The notes: a model not told the origin generated them from the letters alone. Numbered from the stretch's first letter, positions 43,442 through 52,439 are shown. The stretch is DNA of 64,000 nucleotides from Chlamydiota bacterium (GCA_016178055.1 JACOUC010000048.1:425-64424), one strand, 5' to 3'. A program made the numbers and translations.

Positions 43442-44323
43442 ATGACTCAAAGTGTGCATGTTCGCTCACCCGCGAAGGTCAATCTTTTCTTAGAGGTGAT
43501 TAGGAAAAGAGAGGATGGCTATCATGATCTCAAAACCGTTTTTCAAGAGATTGATTTATGTGATGAGATTGAGGTCAGCCTATGGGACAAAAAGGAAATT
43601 AGGATTAGCACGAATGTTTCGGATATTCCTACCGACTCGACCAATTTAGCCTATCGGGCCGCTCAGGCTTTTTTAGAGATAGTAGGGATCGACAGGGGCG
43701 TTCATATTCGAATCGATAAAAAAATTCCCGTTGCGGCTGGATTGGGTGGAGGTTCTAGTAATGCTGCGGCTACTTTAAAGGCCTTAACAAAGCTGTTTCA
43801 AACAGATTTGCCAAAAGATAAAATTTTCCAAATAGCCCGTCAATTAGGGGCTGATGTCCCTTTCTTTTTAATGGGTGGAACAGCTTTGGGAGAGGGGATT
43901 GGGGATCAATTAACACCGCTTGATATTTCTCCATCGCTTGATTTTCTCTTAGTGAATCCCAATTTTAAAGTTCCAACACCTAGGGTTTATCGGGCTTTAA
44001 AATTGGGCGAAACGAAAATAAATTTAGACATTCATCGGATGGTGGCCTCCCTTAAAAAAACAAATTTGCGGGAGTTATCATCTCTCCTTTATAATCGCTT
44101 GGAAGAGGTTGTCTTTGAATCTTTTCCTCAATTAGGAGAAATAAAGGAAGTCTTGAAACGTTTAGGGGCTGAGGGTGTCCTTTTGTCGGGAAGCGGTCCG
44201 ACCCTTTTTGCATTGGTGGGTTCACCCGAAGAGGGTTTAAAAATACAAACTCAATTCCATAAAAATTTTTCTTCTAAATTTTGGACCGCTTTAACTAAAA
44301 CAAACTTCACTTTTCCGTCTTAG
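43442..44323 (+). CDS. ispE: 4-diphosphocytidyl-2-C-methyl-D-erythritol kinase
   Basis: SPAKVNLFLEV N-terminus, GHMP motif PVAAGLGGGSSNAAA. The tracked upstream start 43403 lies inside a hairpin. Confidence 0.85.
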   Translation: MTQSVHVRSPAKVNLFLEVIRKREDGYHDLKTVFQEIDLCDEIEVSLWDKKEIRISTNVSDIPTDSTNLAYRAAQAFLEIVGIDRGVHIRIDKKIPVAAGLGGGSSNAAATLKALTKLFQTDLPKDKIFQIARQLGADVPFFLMGGTALGEGIGDQLTPLDISPSLDFLLVNPNFKVPTPRVYRALKLGETKINLDIHRMVASLKKTNLRELSSLLYNRLEEVVFESFPQLGEIKEVLKRLGAEGVLLSGSGPTLFALVGSPEEGLKIQTQFHKNFSSKFWTALTKTNFTFPS

Positions 44324-44377
44324 AAGGAGTATACTGGGCGTGTGTGGCTTTCCCAAACACAAAGAAAGGTGAACCCC

Positions 44378-44782
44378 ATGGAAATCACCAATGTCAAAGT
44401 TCATCTGAAAGAATCTCATGGGAGTAAGTTAAAAGCTTTTGTAACGATTACCTTTGATGAAATGTTCGTCGTCAGGGATTTAAAGGTGATCGAAGGTAAA
44501 AATGGCCCTTTCGTTGCTATGCCTAGCATCAAGATGAAAGAGCCCTGTGTTAAGTGTAGTCGAAAGATTCCCATCCGAAGTAAATTCTGTCCTGAGTGTG
44601 GAGCAAGGCTTCCCGAAGTATCATTCCATAATTATCATGATGAAGAGCATCGAGAAGACCACAAAGACATTGCCCACCCCATTACCGCCGAAGCCAGAGA
44701 CATTATCCAAAAGAAGGTCCTCGAGGCCTATTACGCTCTAACAGACAGTTCAAACAAATACGGTTCAAAGTCTAAGGTTTAA
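44378..44782 (+). CDS. spoVG: SpoVG family protein with inserted zinc-ribbon
   Basis: MEITNVKVHL...FVVRDLKVIEGKNGPFVAMPS and DIAHPITAEARDIIQKKVLEAY align to SpoVG. A 46-aa segment with CVKC-x12-CPEC replaces the usual ~9-aa loop. Confidence 0.8.
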   Translation: MEITNVKVHLKESHGSKLKAFVTITFDEMFVVRDLKVIEGKNGPFVAMPSIKMKEPCVKCSRKIPIRSKFCPECGARLPEVSFHNYHDEEHREDHKDIAHPITAEARDIIQKKVLEAYYALTDSSNKYGSKSKV

Positions 44783-44852
44783 AGTTCAAGGAAAAGACCT
44801 GAGCATGCAGAATCTTTAAACTTTGAACTTTAAACTTTAAACTTTGAACTGT
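44762..44852. repeat. Heptamer-periodic hairpin element, GTTYAAA flavour (K4)
   Basis: ggttcaa|agtctaa|ggtttaa|agttcaa - aaaagacctgagcatgcagaat - ctttaaa|ctttgaa|ctttaaa|ctttaaa|ctttgaa. The left arm encodes the last codons and stop of spoVG. Confidence 0.8.
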
Positions 44853-44857
44853 ATTGA

Positions 44858-44931
44858 TGGCTGCCCGGCTAGGACTCGAACCTAGAAAAGCAGACCCAAA
44901 TTCTGCTGTGTTACCATTACACCACCGGGCA
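44858..44931 (-). tRNA. tRNA-Gln (anticodon UUG), CCA encoded
   Basis: Manual cloverleaf on the minus strand: TGCCCGG TG GTGT AATGGTA ACAC A GCAGA ATTTGGG TCTGC TTTT CTAGG TTCGAGT CCTAG CCGGGCA G CCA. 74 nt, U1:A72 pair. Confidence 0.9.
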
Positions 44932-45036
44932 GTGGGAGACAGTATAAACGAGAAAGAGAAGATAAAAAAGTAGAAAGTGATTTTTCCGATGAAGAGAATA
45001 TTTTAAAATGTTATATTGTCGTCCCGTCTCGAAAGA

Positions 45037-45118
45037 CAGTTGAAGGTTTAAAGTTCAAAGTTCAAGGATTTCGAGGTCGGTTTTTTTCTTTAAACTTTCA
45101 ACCTTAAACTTTAAACAG
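45037..45118. repeat. Heptamer-periodic hairpin element, GTTYAAA flavour, inverted relative to K4 (K5)
   Basis: cagttga|aggttta|aagttca|aagttca - atttcgaggtcggttttttt - ctttaaa|ctttcaa|ccttaaa|ctttaaa. Confidence 0.8.
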
Positions 45119-45132
45119 TTTTAAGAGGAAGA

Positions 45133-46401
45133 ATGAACTCTCAAGATTTTGTTGTTGTTGTTTTGGCCGCGGGTCGTGGAACACGGATGAAATCGTCTCT
45201 TCCAAAGGTGTTGCACCCTTTATGTGGAAAATCTTTGATTAGAAGGACCCAAGAGTTATTAAAGGGGTTCAGCTTTAAGCATCAGATTTTTGTTCTTCCC
45301 CCGGATGGGGATAAAATTCGAGAAGAACTCCCTCAAACTGTTGAGTTTGTGATTCAAGAAAAACCTTTGGGGACGGCTCATGCAGTGCTGGCTTCGAAGC
45401 CTTTTTTAAAGGATTGGAAAGGCTCTGTTTTGATTCTTTGTGCAGATGTGCCTCTTCTTTCGAGAGAGACCATAAAAAAATTTATTGAAAAACATGAAGA
45501 AGATCACTATGATGGGACGGTTTTGACGGGGAGATTGGCAAATCCTACGGGTTATGGCCGCATTGTACGAAAGGCCTCTGGAGAAGTTAAAGCTATTGTA
45601 GAAGAGCTAGAGGCAACGGTTTACGAAAAGGCTATCGAAGAGATTAATTCTGGAATTTATTGTTTCAACTGGCCTGCCTTGTCTTCTGCCCTGAATGAGA
45701 TAGCGCTTCATCCAGAAAAAAATGAGCTTTATCTTACCGATGTGATTGAGATCATGACGGCTCGTCATCAATCTGTAGGCGCTTTTGAGGTCAAGGATTT
45801 TCGGGAGGTGATGGGAATTAATTCTCGTCATCAATTGGCCGAAGCTGAACGAGTTCTGAGGCGAAGAGTCTTAAATCATTGGATGGATGAGGGCGTCACC
45901 CTTCTTGATCCTGATTCCATTTTTATTGATGAGACCGTGGTAATCGGTCAGGATACCATCATTCATCCTTTTACGGTGATTGAAGGTGAAGTGGTGATTG
46001 GAAAAAATTGTGTGATTGGACCTTTTGCTCACTTAAGAGGAAAATGCCATTTAAAAGATAAGGTCGAGATTGGAAATTTTGTGGAAGTGAAGTCCTCTCA
46101 GATAAGCGGGCGTGTTAAGGCAAAGCATTTGACTTATTTGGGAGATGCTGTGATTGGTGAAGGCGTGAATGTAGGGGCAGGAACCATTACGGCTAATTAT
46201 GATGGGACTCATAAGTATCCGACGCATATCGAAGAGGGCGCTTTTATTGGAAGTGGGACCATTTTAGTCGCACCCGTGCGAGTGGGAAAGAAGGCTGTAA
46301 CGGGGGCGGGCTCTGTAGTCACCCGTGGCAAGGATGTTCCAGAGGGGGAGACAGTTGTTGGAGTCCCCGCAAAAGTTTTGGCGAAGAGAATTAAAAGCTG
46401 A
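45133..46401 (+). CDS. glmU: Bifunctional GlcNAc-1-P uridyltransferase/GlcN-1-P acetyltransferase
   Basis: LAAGRGTRMKSSLPKVLH, C-terminal left-handed beta-helix hexapeptides. Confidence 0.85.
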   Translation: MNSQDFVVVVLAAGRGTRMKSSLPKVLHPLCGKSLIRRTQELLKGFSFKHQIFVLPPDGDKIREELPQTVEFVIQEKPLGTAHAVLASKPFLKDWKGSVLILCADVPLLSRETIKKFIEKHEEDHYDGTVLTGRLANPTGYGRIVRKASGEVKAIVEELEATVYEKAIEEINSGIYCFNWPALSSALNEIALHPEKNELYLTDVIEIMTARHQSVGAFEVKDFREVMGINSRHQLAEAERVLRRRVLNHWMDEGVTLLDPDSIFIDETVVIGQDTIIHPFTVIEGEVVIGKNCVIGPFAHLRGKCHLKDKVEIGNFVEVKSSQISGRVKAKHLTYLGDAVIGEGVNVGAGTITANYDGTHKYPTHIEEGAFIGSGTILVAPVRVGKKAVTGAGSVVTRGKDVPEGETVVGVPAKVLAKRIKS

Positions 46402-46407
46402 TAACGA

Positions 46408-46497
46408 AATTGACAATAACAATAAAGGTAAAATAAATAAATTCCTAAATTATCCATTTTCAATTGTTAATTATCAATTAAGAATTATCAATTAAGT
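46408..46497. repeat. Heptamer-periodic hairpin element, CAATTAA flavour (N1)
   Basis: attgacaataacaataaagg - core aaaataaataaattcctaaa (46430-46449) - ccatttt - caattgt|taattat|caattaa|gaattat|caattaa. Includes an exact 14-nt tandem duplication at 46469-46496. Confidence 0.75.
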
Positions 46498-46512
46498 ACG
46501 ATGGGAGTTGTG

Positions 46513-47448
46513 ATGAAGGAGATGGCGGTTTTTTCAGGCACTTCGAATCCTGAATTGGCAAAAAAAATTGTCGATTATCTCAATATACCTCTTGGAGAAG
46601 TCGAGATCTCTCGATTTAGTGAGGGAGAGATTTTTGTTCGGGTGAAACAGGATGTTCGGGGACGCGATGTTTTTCTTGTTCAATCGACGTGTCCTCCGGT
46701 GAATGAAAACCTGATGGAACTTTTGATTATGATGGATGCTTTTTTGAGGGCCTCTGCGGCTCGTCTGACCGTGGTGCTTCCTTATTATGGCTATGCCCGT
46801 CAGGACCGTAAGGATCAGCCCCGTGTTCCGATTTCTGCGAAGCTTGTGGCCAATCTTATTACTGCCGCGGGGGCAGATCGAGTGCTGACCATGGATCTTC
46901 ATGCGGACCAGATTCAAGGTTTCTTTGATATTCCTCTCGATCATTTATTTTCGGCGCCTGTTTTCATTCGTTATCTCAAAAGTTTAAAATTGGACAATAT
47001 GGTCATTGTCACTCCGGATGTAGGAGGAATTAAACGGGCCAGGGCCTTTGCAACTCGTTTGGGAGCCGATTTGGCGATTGTCGATAAAAGACGGGTCAAT
47101 TCAGTTGATGCAGAAGTTCTTCATCTGATTGGAGATGTCCGAGGGAAAACAGCGATCATTGTGGACGATATGATTGCAACGGCTGGCTCTCTGGCGGAGG
47201 CAGCAAAAATTGTGGATGAAAATGGAGCAAGCCAGATTTATGCGACCGGGGCTCATGCGATTTTGTCGGGTCCAGCCACTGAGAGAATTCAGAAAACCCG
47301 TTTAAGAGAGTTGGTCGTGACAGACAGCGTTCCTTTAGGGGGAAAGGCCCTCGATCATAAAATCAGGGTTCTCACCGTTGCAGAGCTCTTGGGAGAAGCG
47401 ATTCGAAGAATACATGAGAATGAATCCGTCAGCTCACTTTTCATATAA
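46513..47448 (+). CDS. prs: Ribose-phosphate pyrophosphokinase
   Basis: FSGTSNPELAKKI, DLHADQIQGFF, PRPP loop VDDMIATAGS. Start could be 46501, 46513 or 46522. Confidence 0.9.
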   Translation: MKEMAVFSGTSNPELAKKIVDYLNIPLGEVEISRFSEGEIFVRVKQDVRGRDVFLVQSTCPPVNENLMELLIMMDAFLRASAARLTVVLPYYGYARQDRKDQPRVPISAKLVANLITAAGADRVLTMDLHADQIQGFFDIPLDHLFSAPVFIRYLKSLKLDNMVIVTPDVGGIKRARAFATRLGADLAIVDKRRVNSVDAEVLHLIGDVRGKTAIIVDDMIATAGSLAEAAKIVDENGASQIYATGAHAILSGPATERIQKTRLRELVVTDSVPLGGKALDHKIRVLTVAELLGEAIRRIHENESVSSLFI

Positions 47449-47530
47449 GTTTAAACTGTTTTTGATTTTGTTTTTTCTTTGAACTTTAAACTCTTGCCCC
47501 GTTGAATAACGGGGTTAAACTTTTAACTGT
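47448..47530. repeat. Heptamer element (GTTYAAA flavour, K6) with embedded GC hairpin
   Basis: aagtttaaactg...ctttgaactttaaactc, then ccccgtt-gaata-aacgggg (47497-47514). Probably serves as the prs terminator. Confidence 0.65.
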
Positions 47531-47547
47531 TTTTGAAGGAGGAATTT

Positions 47548-48276
47548 ATGTCAGAAATGTTAGCGTTGGGAGTTGAGGAACGTGTAGAAAAAGGTAAGTC
47601 CGTTAAAAGACTTAGAAAGAGCGGGTTGATCCCTGCCGTGATTTATGGAGAAGGAAAGCCAGGGATTTCTGTTAAAGTCGAAGCGAGGGAATTCACGCGT
47701 GCGATTAAAGGTCATTCGATTGAAAATTTAATTTTCAGTTTGAATTTATCTAATGAAAAAAATAAAAAAGGAACCACCGCCTTGGTTCGCGATGTTCAGA
47801 TCGATCCTTTGAAAGATTGTGTTCTTCACGTGGATTTTCTGCAAGTTTCGATGAAGAAAAAGTTAAGGACGAGGGTCAGAATTGAATCGAAGGGAGAACC
47901 CATGGGTGTTTCTCAGCAGGGAGGAATTTTGGAATGTACCTTGCGTGAAATTGAAATTGAGTGTTTTCCTCTCAATATTCCAGAAGCCCTGGTGGTCGAT
48001 GTCTCTCAAGTAGGATTAGGTCAATCTTTCTTTGTTCGTGATATCGAGCCCCCAGAGGGAGTCACGATTTTAACGGCTCCAGACATCAGCGTTTTCTCAG
48101 TGGCTATACCTAAGGTTGAAGAAGAAGTTCCCAAAGAGGGAGAGAAGACTGAACCTGAAGTGATTGCGAAGGGTAAAGAGCCTGCTCCCGGAGAAGCGGC
48201 TGAAGGAGCCCAGGTAGCAGCCCAAAAGAAAGAGGCTCCCGCACAGAAAGAAGCTGAGAAAAAGAAGGAGAAATGA
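47548..48276 (+). CDS. rplY: 50S ribosomal protein L25/Ctc form
   Basis: RBS aggagg. LRKSGLIPAVIYG motif. Lys/Glu/Ala-rich tail. Confidence 0.85.
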   Translation: MSEMLALGVEERVEKGKSVKRLRKSGLIPAVIYGEGKPGISVKVEAREFTRAIKGHSIENLIFSLNLSNEKNKKGTTALVRDVQIDPLKDCVLHVDFLQVSMKKKLRTRVRIESKGEPMGVSQQGGILECTLREIEIECFPLNIPEALVVDVSQVGLGQSFFVRDIEPPEGVTILTAPDISVFSVAIPKVEEEVPKEGEKTEPEVIAKGKEPAPGEAAEGAQVAAQKKEAPAQKEAEKKKEK

Positions 48277-48860
48277 AACTTATTATAGGGTTAGGGAACC
48301 CGGGGGAGAAGTATCAGTATACCCGTCATAATATTGGTTTTTGGTTGTTAGAAGAATTGGCAAAGGATTGGAAAATTCACTTTCATCGAAAAATGGATTG
48401 TGAATCTTTGTTAGCCGAAGGAAAGATTGGAGAAAAATCTTTTATTTTAGCAAAGCCGCTCACGTATATGAATAACAGCGGTCGGGCGGCTGAAAAGCTC
48501 CTTCAATCTTTTGGATTGTCTCATCAAGATACTTTGGTTATACTGGACGATGTTTTTTTGAAATTGGGCATGCTTCGATTTCGGTTGCAAGGAAGCTCAG
48601 GGGGACATAAGGGATTGGCATCTATTTTGAGTATGTGTCAATCAAATGAATTTCCCAGACTTCGCTTGGGTGTTGGACTTCCTCAAGAAGAGGGAAAAGA
48701 TTATGCAGATTATGTTTTGAGCCCCTTTGAGTTGGAGGAGTTGGAAGAGACGAGGAGAATGATTGAGACCGCACAGACTTGCGTCTCAATTTTTATTTCG
48801 CAGGGATCTATGGCTCTTCAAAAGTGGTTAAGCGATTATCAGTCAAGAAAGCAGATATAA
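48273..48860 (+). CDS. pth: Peptidyl-tRNA hydrolase
   Basis: LIIGLGNPGEKYQYTRHNIGF. Confidence 0.9.
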   Translation: MKLIIGLGNPGEKYQYTRHNIGFWLLEELAKDWKIHFHRKMDCESLLAEGKIGEKSFILAKPLTYMNNSGRAAEKLLQSFGLSHQDTLVILDDVFLKLGMLRFRLQGSSGGHKGLASILSMCQSNEFPRLRLGVGLPQEEGKDYADYVLSPFELEELEETRRMIETAQTCVSIFISQGSMALQKWLSDYQSRKQI

Positions 48861-48936
48861 GCTGTAGGTTGTAAGCGATAAGTTTTAAAGGAATTTTTTT
48901 TCTACTTACTACTTACTATTTACTACTTACTATTCT
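48861..48936. repeat. Heptamer-periodic hairpin element, GTAAG/CTTAC flavour (T1), core inverted
   Basis: ctgtagg|ttgtaag|cgataag - ttttaaaggaattttttttt (inverted core) - ctactta|ctactta|ctattta|ctactta|ctattct. Confidence 0.8.
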
Positions 48937-48951
48937 AAACGGAGGTATTCA

Positions 48952-49233
48952 GTGAAGCATTATGAAGCAATGGTCATTTTAGATCCAACGGTTGTAGACG
49001 CGGAAGCGGAAAAACTTGTCAAAGGGTTTGAAAGTGAATTGGTAGGCTCTGGGGGTTCCATTGTGTCTCGTGACCTTCAAGGGAAGCGTGCTCTTGCCTA
49101 TAAGGTTAAAGGTTTTCGGGAGGGGATTTATGCTCTTTTACTTTTTCAAGCTCCTTCTGATGGAATATTAAAGATCGAAAAGAAATTTAAAATAACTCCT
49201 CAGGTTTTAAGATATCTTTTGATAAAGAATTGA
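48952..49233 (+). CDS. rpsF: 30S ribosomal protein S6
   Basis: GTG start. KHYEAMVILDP N-terminus. Operon context rpsF-ssb-rpsR-rplI. Confidence 0.85.
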   Translation: MKHYEAMVILDPTVVDAEAEKLVKGFESELVGSGGSIVSRDLQGKRALAYKVKGFREGIYALLLFQAPSDGILKIEKKFKITPQVLRYLLIKN

Positions 49234-49359
49234 CATTTTGATGAAAAAGCCCAATCTGCTTCGTTGCATGCGGCGCTCCTTTGTGCGGCGTACGAAAAAA
49301 TGTACGCCTCCGCAGTCGCTTGCATGCGCCTCGCATCTTGGGACTTTTTGATCAAAATG
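49234..49359. repeat. GC-cored hairpin element with 21-nt terminal inverted repeats (R4)
   Basis: cattttgatgaaaaagcccaa ... ttgggactttttgatcaaaatg. Interior gcggcgtac-gaaaaaat-gtacgcctccgc. Starts at the first base after the rpsF stop. Confidence 0.8.
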
Positions 49360-49420
49360 TTCGTGTAGAGTATGTAAGGATTAAGTATGACAGGCGACTG
49401 TAGTCCAAGGGGAGGGTACA

Positions 49421-49855
49421 ATGGCAGATCTTAATAAAGTTTTTTTGGTGGGTCGATTAACGCGGGATCCTGAAGTAAGATATACCTCAGGAGGTCAGGC
49501 AGTAGCAGATCTTGGGCTTGCGACTGGGAGAACTTATTTATCAAAAACAGGGGAAAAGAAGGAAGAGGTTTGTTTTGTTGATGTTGTGGTTTGGGGACGT
49601 CAGGCAGAAACATCAGGTCAATATCTGACAAAGGGTTCTCCCATTTTGGTTGAAGGAAGATTGCAGTTGGATAGTTGGGAGACCAAAGAAGGTGAAAAGA
49701 GAAATCGTTTAAAGGTTGTTGCCTTGAGGGTTCAATTTCTAGGCCGTCCGCCTTCAAAAGGGACTTCTCCTGTCTCAGAGGAAGTAGGGGTCTCCTCTAA
49801 ATCTGAAGAAGGGGTAGAGAGTTCCGACGAAGCAGAGGATGATATCCCGTTCTAA
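49421..49855 (+). CDS. ssb: Single-stranded DNA-binding protein
   Basis: OB fold (NKVFLVGRLTRDPEVRYT) and an acidic tail ending DDIPF. Confidence 0.9.
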   Translation: MADLNKVFLVGRLTRDPEVRYTSGGQAVADLGLATGRTYLSKTGEKKEEVCFVDVVVWGRQAETSGQYLTKGSPILVEGRLQLDSWETKEGEKRNRLKVVALRVQFLGRPPSKGTSPVSEEVGVSSKSEEGVESSDEAEDDIPF

Positions 49856-49931
49856 GTCGATGTTGTCATCACTGAAAAGTAAATTTTGATATAAATTCAA
49901 AGTAAGTGTTCAACGTTTCTTTACTTAAGTC

Positions 49932-50044
49932 GAAAATCAAAAATTAAATATCAAAATGACAAATTAAAAATCAAAAATTAAATTGTTTCAGAAGTTTTTC
50001 ATAAATCTCTACCACAATTTTGATATTTGATGTTTGATTTTTGC
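49932..50044. repeat. Heptamer-periodic hairpin element, AAAATCA flavour, subfamily 1 (C)
   Basis: Shares gaagtttttcataaatctctacca-aattttgat with 12328-12453 and 13526-13647. Confidence 0.85.
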
Positions 50045-50068
50045 TATTTTAAAAAGAGGGAGTTTGTT

Positions 50069-50359
50069 ATGCCGTATATGGAAGAACGTCGTGAGCGAAG
50101 AGATGATCGGGATCGGCGCAGTGAGAAAACAGAACGCGAAGAGAAGGTTATTCGGAAGAAAAAGTGTAGATTCTGTATCGATCAAGTTGAAGGGATTGAT
50201 TATAAGGATACCTTAAAACTTCGAAAGAATTTGACAGAGCGCGGGAAAATTATTCCTCGTAGAATTACAGGTAATTGTTCTTTTCACCAAAGACAGATTG
50301 CAAGTGCGGTGAAGCGAGCAAGATTTATTGCACTGATTCCGCCGATCATTGATCAATAA
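50069..50359 (+). CDS. rpsR: 30S ribosomal protein S18 with Arg/Glu-rich N-terminal extension
   Basis: [17 protein letters not shown]...[14 protein letters not shown]...[16 protein letters not shown] 50069 chosen downstream of the repeat. Confidence 0.85.
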   Translation: MPYMEERRERRDDRDRRSEKTEREEKVIRKKKCRFCIDQVEGIDYKDTLKLRKNLTERGKIIPRRITGNCSFHQRQIASAVKRARFIALIPPIIDQ

Positions 50360-50392
50360 GTTGGTTTTTTTATTTATCGGAAAATTTATAAT

Positions 50393-50429
50393 GGCCGCGA
50401 CTGGTGACAGGCGACCGGTGACCATTTTT
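50393..50429. repeat. Heptamer-periodic element, GGTGACC flavour (P3)
   Basis: ggccgcgactggtgacaggcgaccggtgaccattttta. Shares the 16-mer gactggtgacaggcga with the minus strand at 39126-39141. Confidence 0.6.
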
Positions 50430-50442
50430 AGAGGAAAATCCT

Positions 50443-50886
50443 ATGGAAATATTACTGTTACAGACAATCGAGAAATTAGGTGAAGCAGGAACGGTTCGAA
50501 AAGTTTCGGATGGTTATGCAAGAAATTACCTTATTCCAAGACATTTTGCGATTCCCGCCGTAGAAGGTGTTGTTGCTATGGCTAAAACTTTGGCAGAAAA
50601 TCGGCAGGCCGAGGAACATGAAATTTTGGAAGAAGCAAAGGCTTTGAAAGAACGCTTGGAATCAATGACATGTAGTATTTCAGTTAAAGTGGGTCGCAAT
50701 GATCAATTGTTTGGGTCAGTCACCCATCAGGATATTGCAAAGGTTTTAGAAGAGGCTGGAGTAACGATTGACCGAAGAAGAATTCTGTTGGATGGACCCA
50801 TCAAGCATCTTGGAGATTTTTCCGCTGTGGTGAAGTTGCATCCCCAGGTCGAAGCTTCTTTGAAGGTTTCTGTTGTTCGTAAGTAA
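50443..50886 (+). CDS. rplI: 50S ribosomal protein L9
   Basis: MEILLLQTIEKLGEAGTVRKVSDGYARNYLIP. Confidence 0.9.
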   Translation: MEILLLQTIEKLGEAGTVRKVSDGYARNYLIPRHFAIPAVEGVVAMAKTLAENRQAEEHEILEEAKALKERLESMTCSISVKVGRNDQLFGSVTHQDIAKVLEEAGVTIDRRRILLDGPIKHLGDFSAVVKLHPQVEASLKVSVVRK

Positions 50887-50888
50887 CG

Positions 50889-51002
50889 ATGAAAAACGAG
50901 TCCACGGTCAACGGTCAACAGTCTACAGAAAATAAATAATTCTTTTAAACTGTCGACCATTGACTGTCGACTGTAGACCCATTTTCATCCACTTGGGTGG
51001 AC
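50889..51002. repeat. Heptamer-periodic hairpin element, GTCNACN flavour (G3) plus 22-mer attttcatccacttgggtggac
   Basis: atgaaaaacgag - gtccacg|gtcaacg|gtcaaca|gtctaca - core aaaataaataattcttttaaa (50929-50949) - ctgtcga|ccattga|ctgtcga|ctgtaga - cccattttcat. The 22-mer spans 50981-51002. Confidence 0.85.
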
Positions 51003-51078
51003 AACACGTTTATGGCTACAGCTATGAAAATGAGAGCTTACAACTCGCCGCTGTTTTTAGCATGGGAAGCTTTTTTTG

Positions 51079-52437
51079 ATGAAATCAGTTTCAGGTGTTT
51101 CGATTGAAAAGTTACCTCCTCAGAATATTGAGGCCGAAATCGGGGTCTTGGGTTCTATTCTGATTGACCGTGAAGTCGTTCCAACCGTGCTTGCCCAGTT
51201 AAGGTCGGAGAGCTTTTATCTAGATACCCATCAAAAAATTTTTAATGCATTGATCACGCTTTATGATCATAATCGCCCCTTGGACCTGATTACCTTGACG
51301 GAGGCGATTGAAAAGGCAGATGGGCTCGATGCGGTGGGAGGGGCCAGTACCTTGGTCGCTCTTCCCCAGGCGGTTCCGACCTCTGCACACGTGGAGGAAT
51401 ATGTTCGAATTGTTCATGAGAAAGCTGTTTTAAGAAACCTCATTCACACGTGTACAGAAATCATCACTCATAGTTACAGTACCGAAGAGGAAGTCGATCA
51501 GCTTTTAGATATGGCTGAACAGCGTATTTTCGATCTGGTTCAGAATCGGGCGAAAATTGATCAAAATGCGTCTTTCAAAGATTTGGTTCGTCAAACGATG
51601 GAATCGATTGATCGGGCCTATCAAAAGAAGGGAGCCCTTTTAGGGATCTCTTCTGGATTTAAAGATTTTGACGAGATAATGTCGGGCCTTCAGCGTTCAG
51701 ATATGATTGTGGTGGCAGCCCGTCCTTCCATGGGGAAAACGGCTTTTGCACTGAATATTGCAGAGCATGTGGTGGTGAATGAAAAATTACCCGTGGGCAT
51801 TTTTAGTTTAGAAATGTCGAGGGAGCAGCTGGTTCAAAGAATGTTGTGTGCTCATGCCAAGGTTAATCTTCAGCACGTTCGGCGGGGTTTTATATCACAC
51901 GAAAATTGGCGTCAACTGGTTCATTCGGCGAACGCTCTTTCAGAAGCTCCGCTTTATATTGATGATACACCGGGATTGTCAGCCACAGAGCTTAGGGCCA
52001 AGGCAAGGCGTTTTAAGTCTGCTTATAACATTGAACTTTTGATTGTAGATTATCTTCAACTCATGCAGAGTTTTCAAAGTAACAGGTCAGAGAATCGGCA
52101 GCAGGAAATTTCTGAAATTAGCCGTTCATTAAAAAGTTTGGCTCGGGAACTAAATATCCCGATCATTGTTCTTTCTCAGCTCAATCGTGCGGCTGAGAAT
52201 CGTCCTGAAAATAAACCGAGGCTATCCGATCTGAGGGAATCAGGTGCGATTGAGCAGGATGCCGATGCTGTGATTCTCTTGCTTCGACGCGAATATTATA
52301 ATCCGGAGGATTCTCCAGGAGAGGCCGATATTATTATTGCTAAACAAAGAAATGGTCCGACAGGGGATATGAAATTGACCTTTGTCAGTGAGTTTACTCG
52401 TTTTGAGAACCATAGTCCAAGAGAGGAAGGGGAATAA
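51079..52437 (+). CDS. dnaB: Replicative DNA helicase
   Basis: PPQNIEAEIGVLGSIL N-terminus, Walker A ARPSMGKTAF, RecA-like C-domain. Confidence 0.9.
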   Translation: MKSVSGVSIEKLPPQNIEAEIGVLGSILIDREVVPTVLAQLRSESFYLDTHQKIFNALITLYDHNRPLDLITLTEAIEKADGLDAVGGASTLVALPQAVPTSAHVEEYVRIVHEKAVLRNLIHTCTEIITHSYSTEEEVDQLLDMAEQRIFDLVQNRAKIDQNASFKDLVRQTMESIDRAYQKKGALLGISSGFKDFDEIMSGLQRSDMIVVAARPSMGKTAFALNIAEHVVVNEKLPVGIFSLEMSREQLVQRMLCAHAKVNLQHVRRGFISHENWRQLVHSANALSEAPLYIDDTPGLSATELRAKARRFKSAYNIELLIVDYLQLMQSFQSNRSENRQQEISEISRSLKSLARELNIPIIVLSQLNRAAENRPENKPRLSDLRESGAIEQDADAVILLLRREYYNPEDSPGEADIIIAKQRNGPTGDMKLTFVSEFTRFENHSPREEGE

Positions 52438-52439
52438 TC

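Noticed and set aside
49200-49421. Tracked 73-aa minus-strand ORF between rpsF and ssb
   Set aside because: It lies entirely within the 126-nt hairpin element and antisense to a ribosomal operon, with no RBS.
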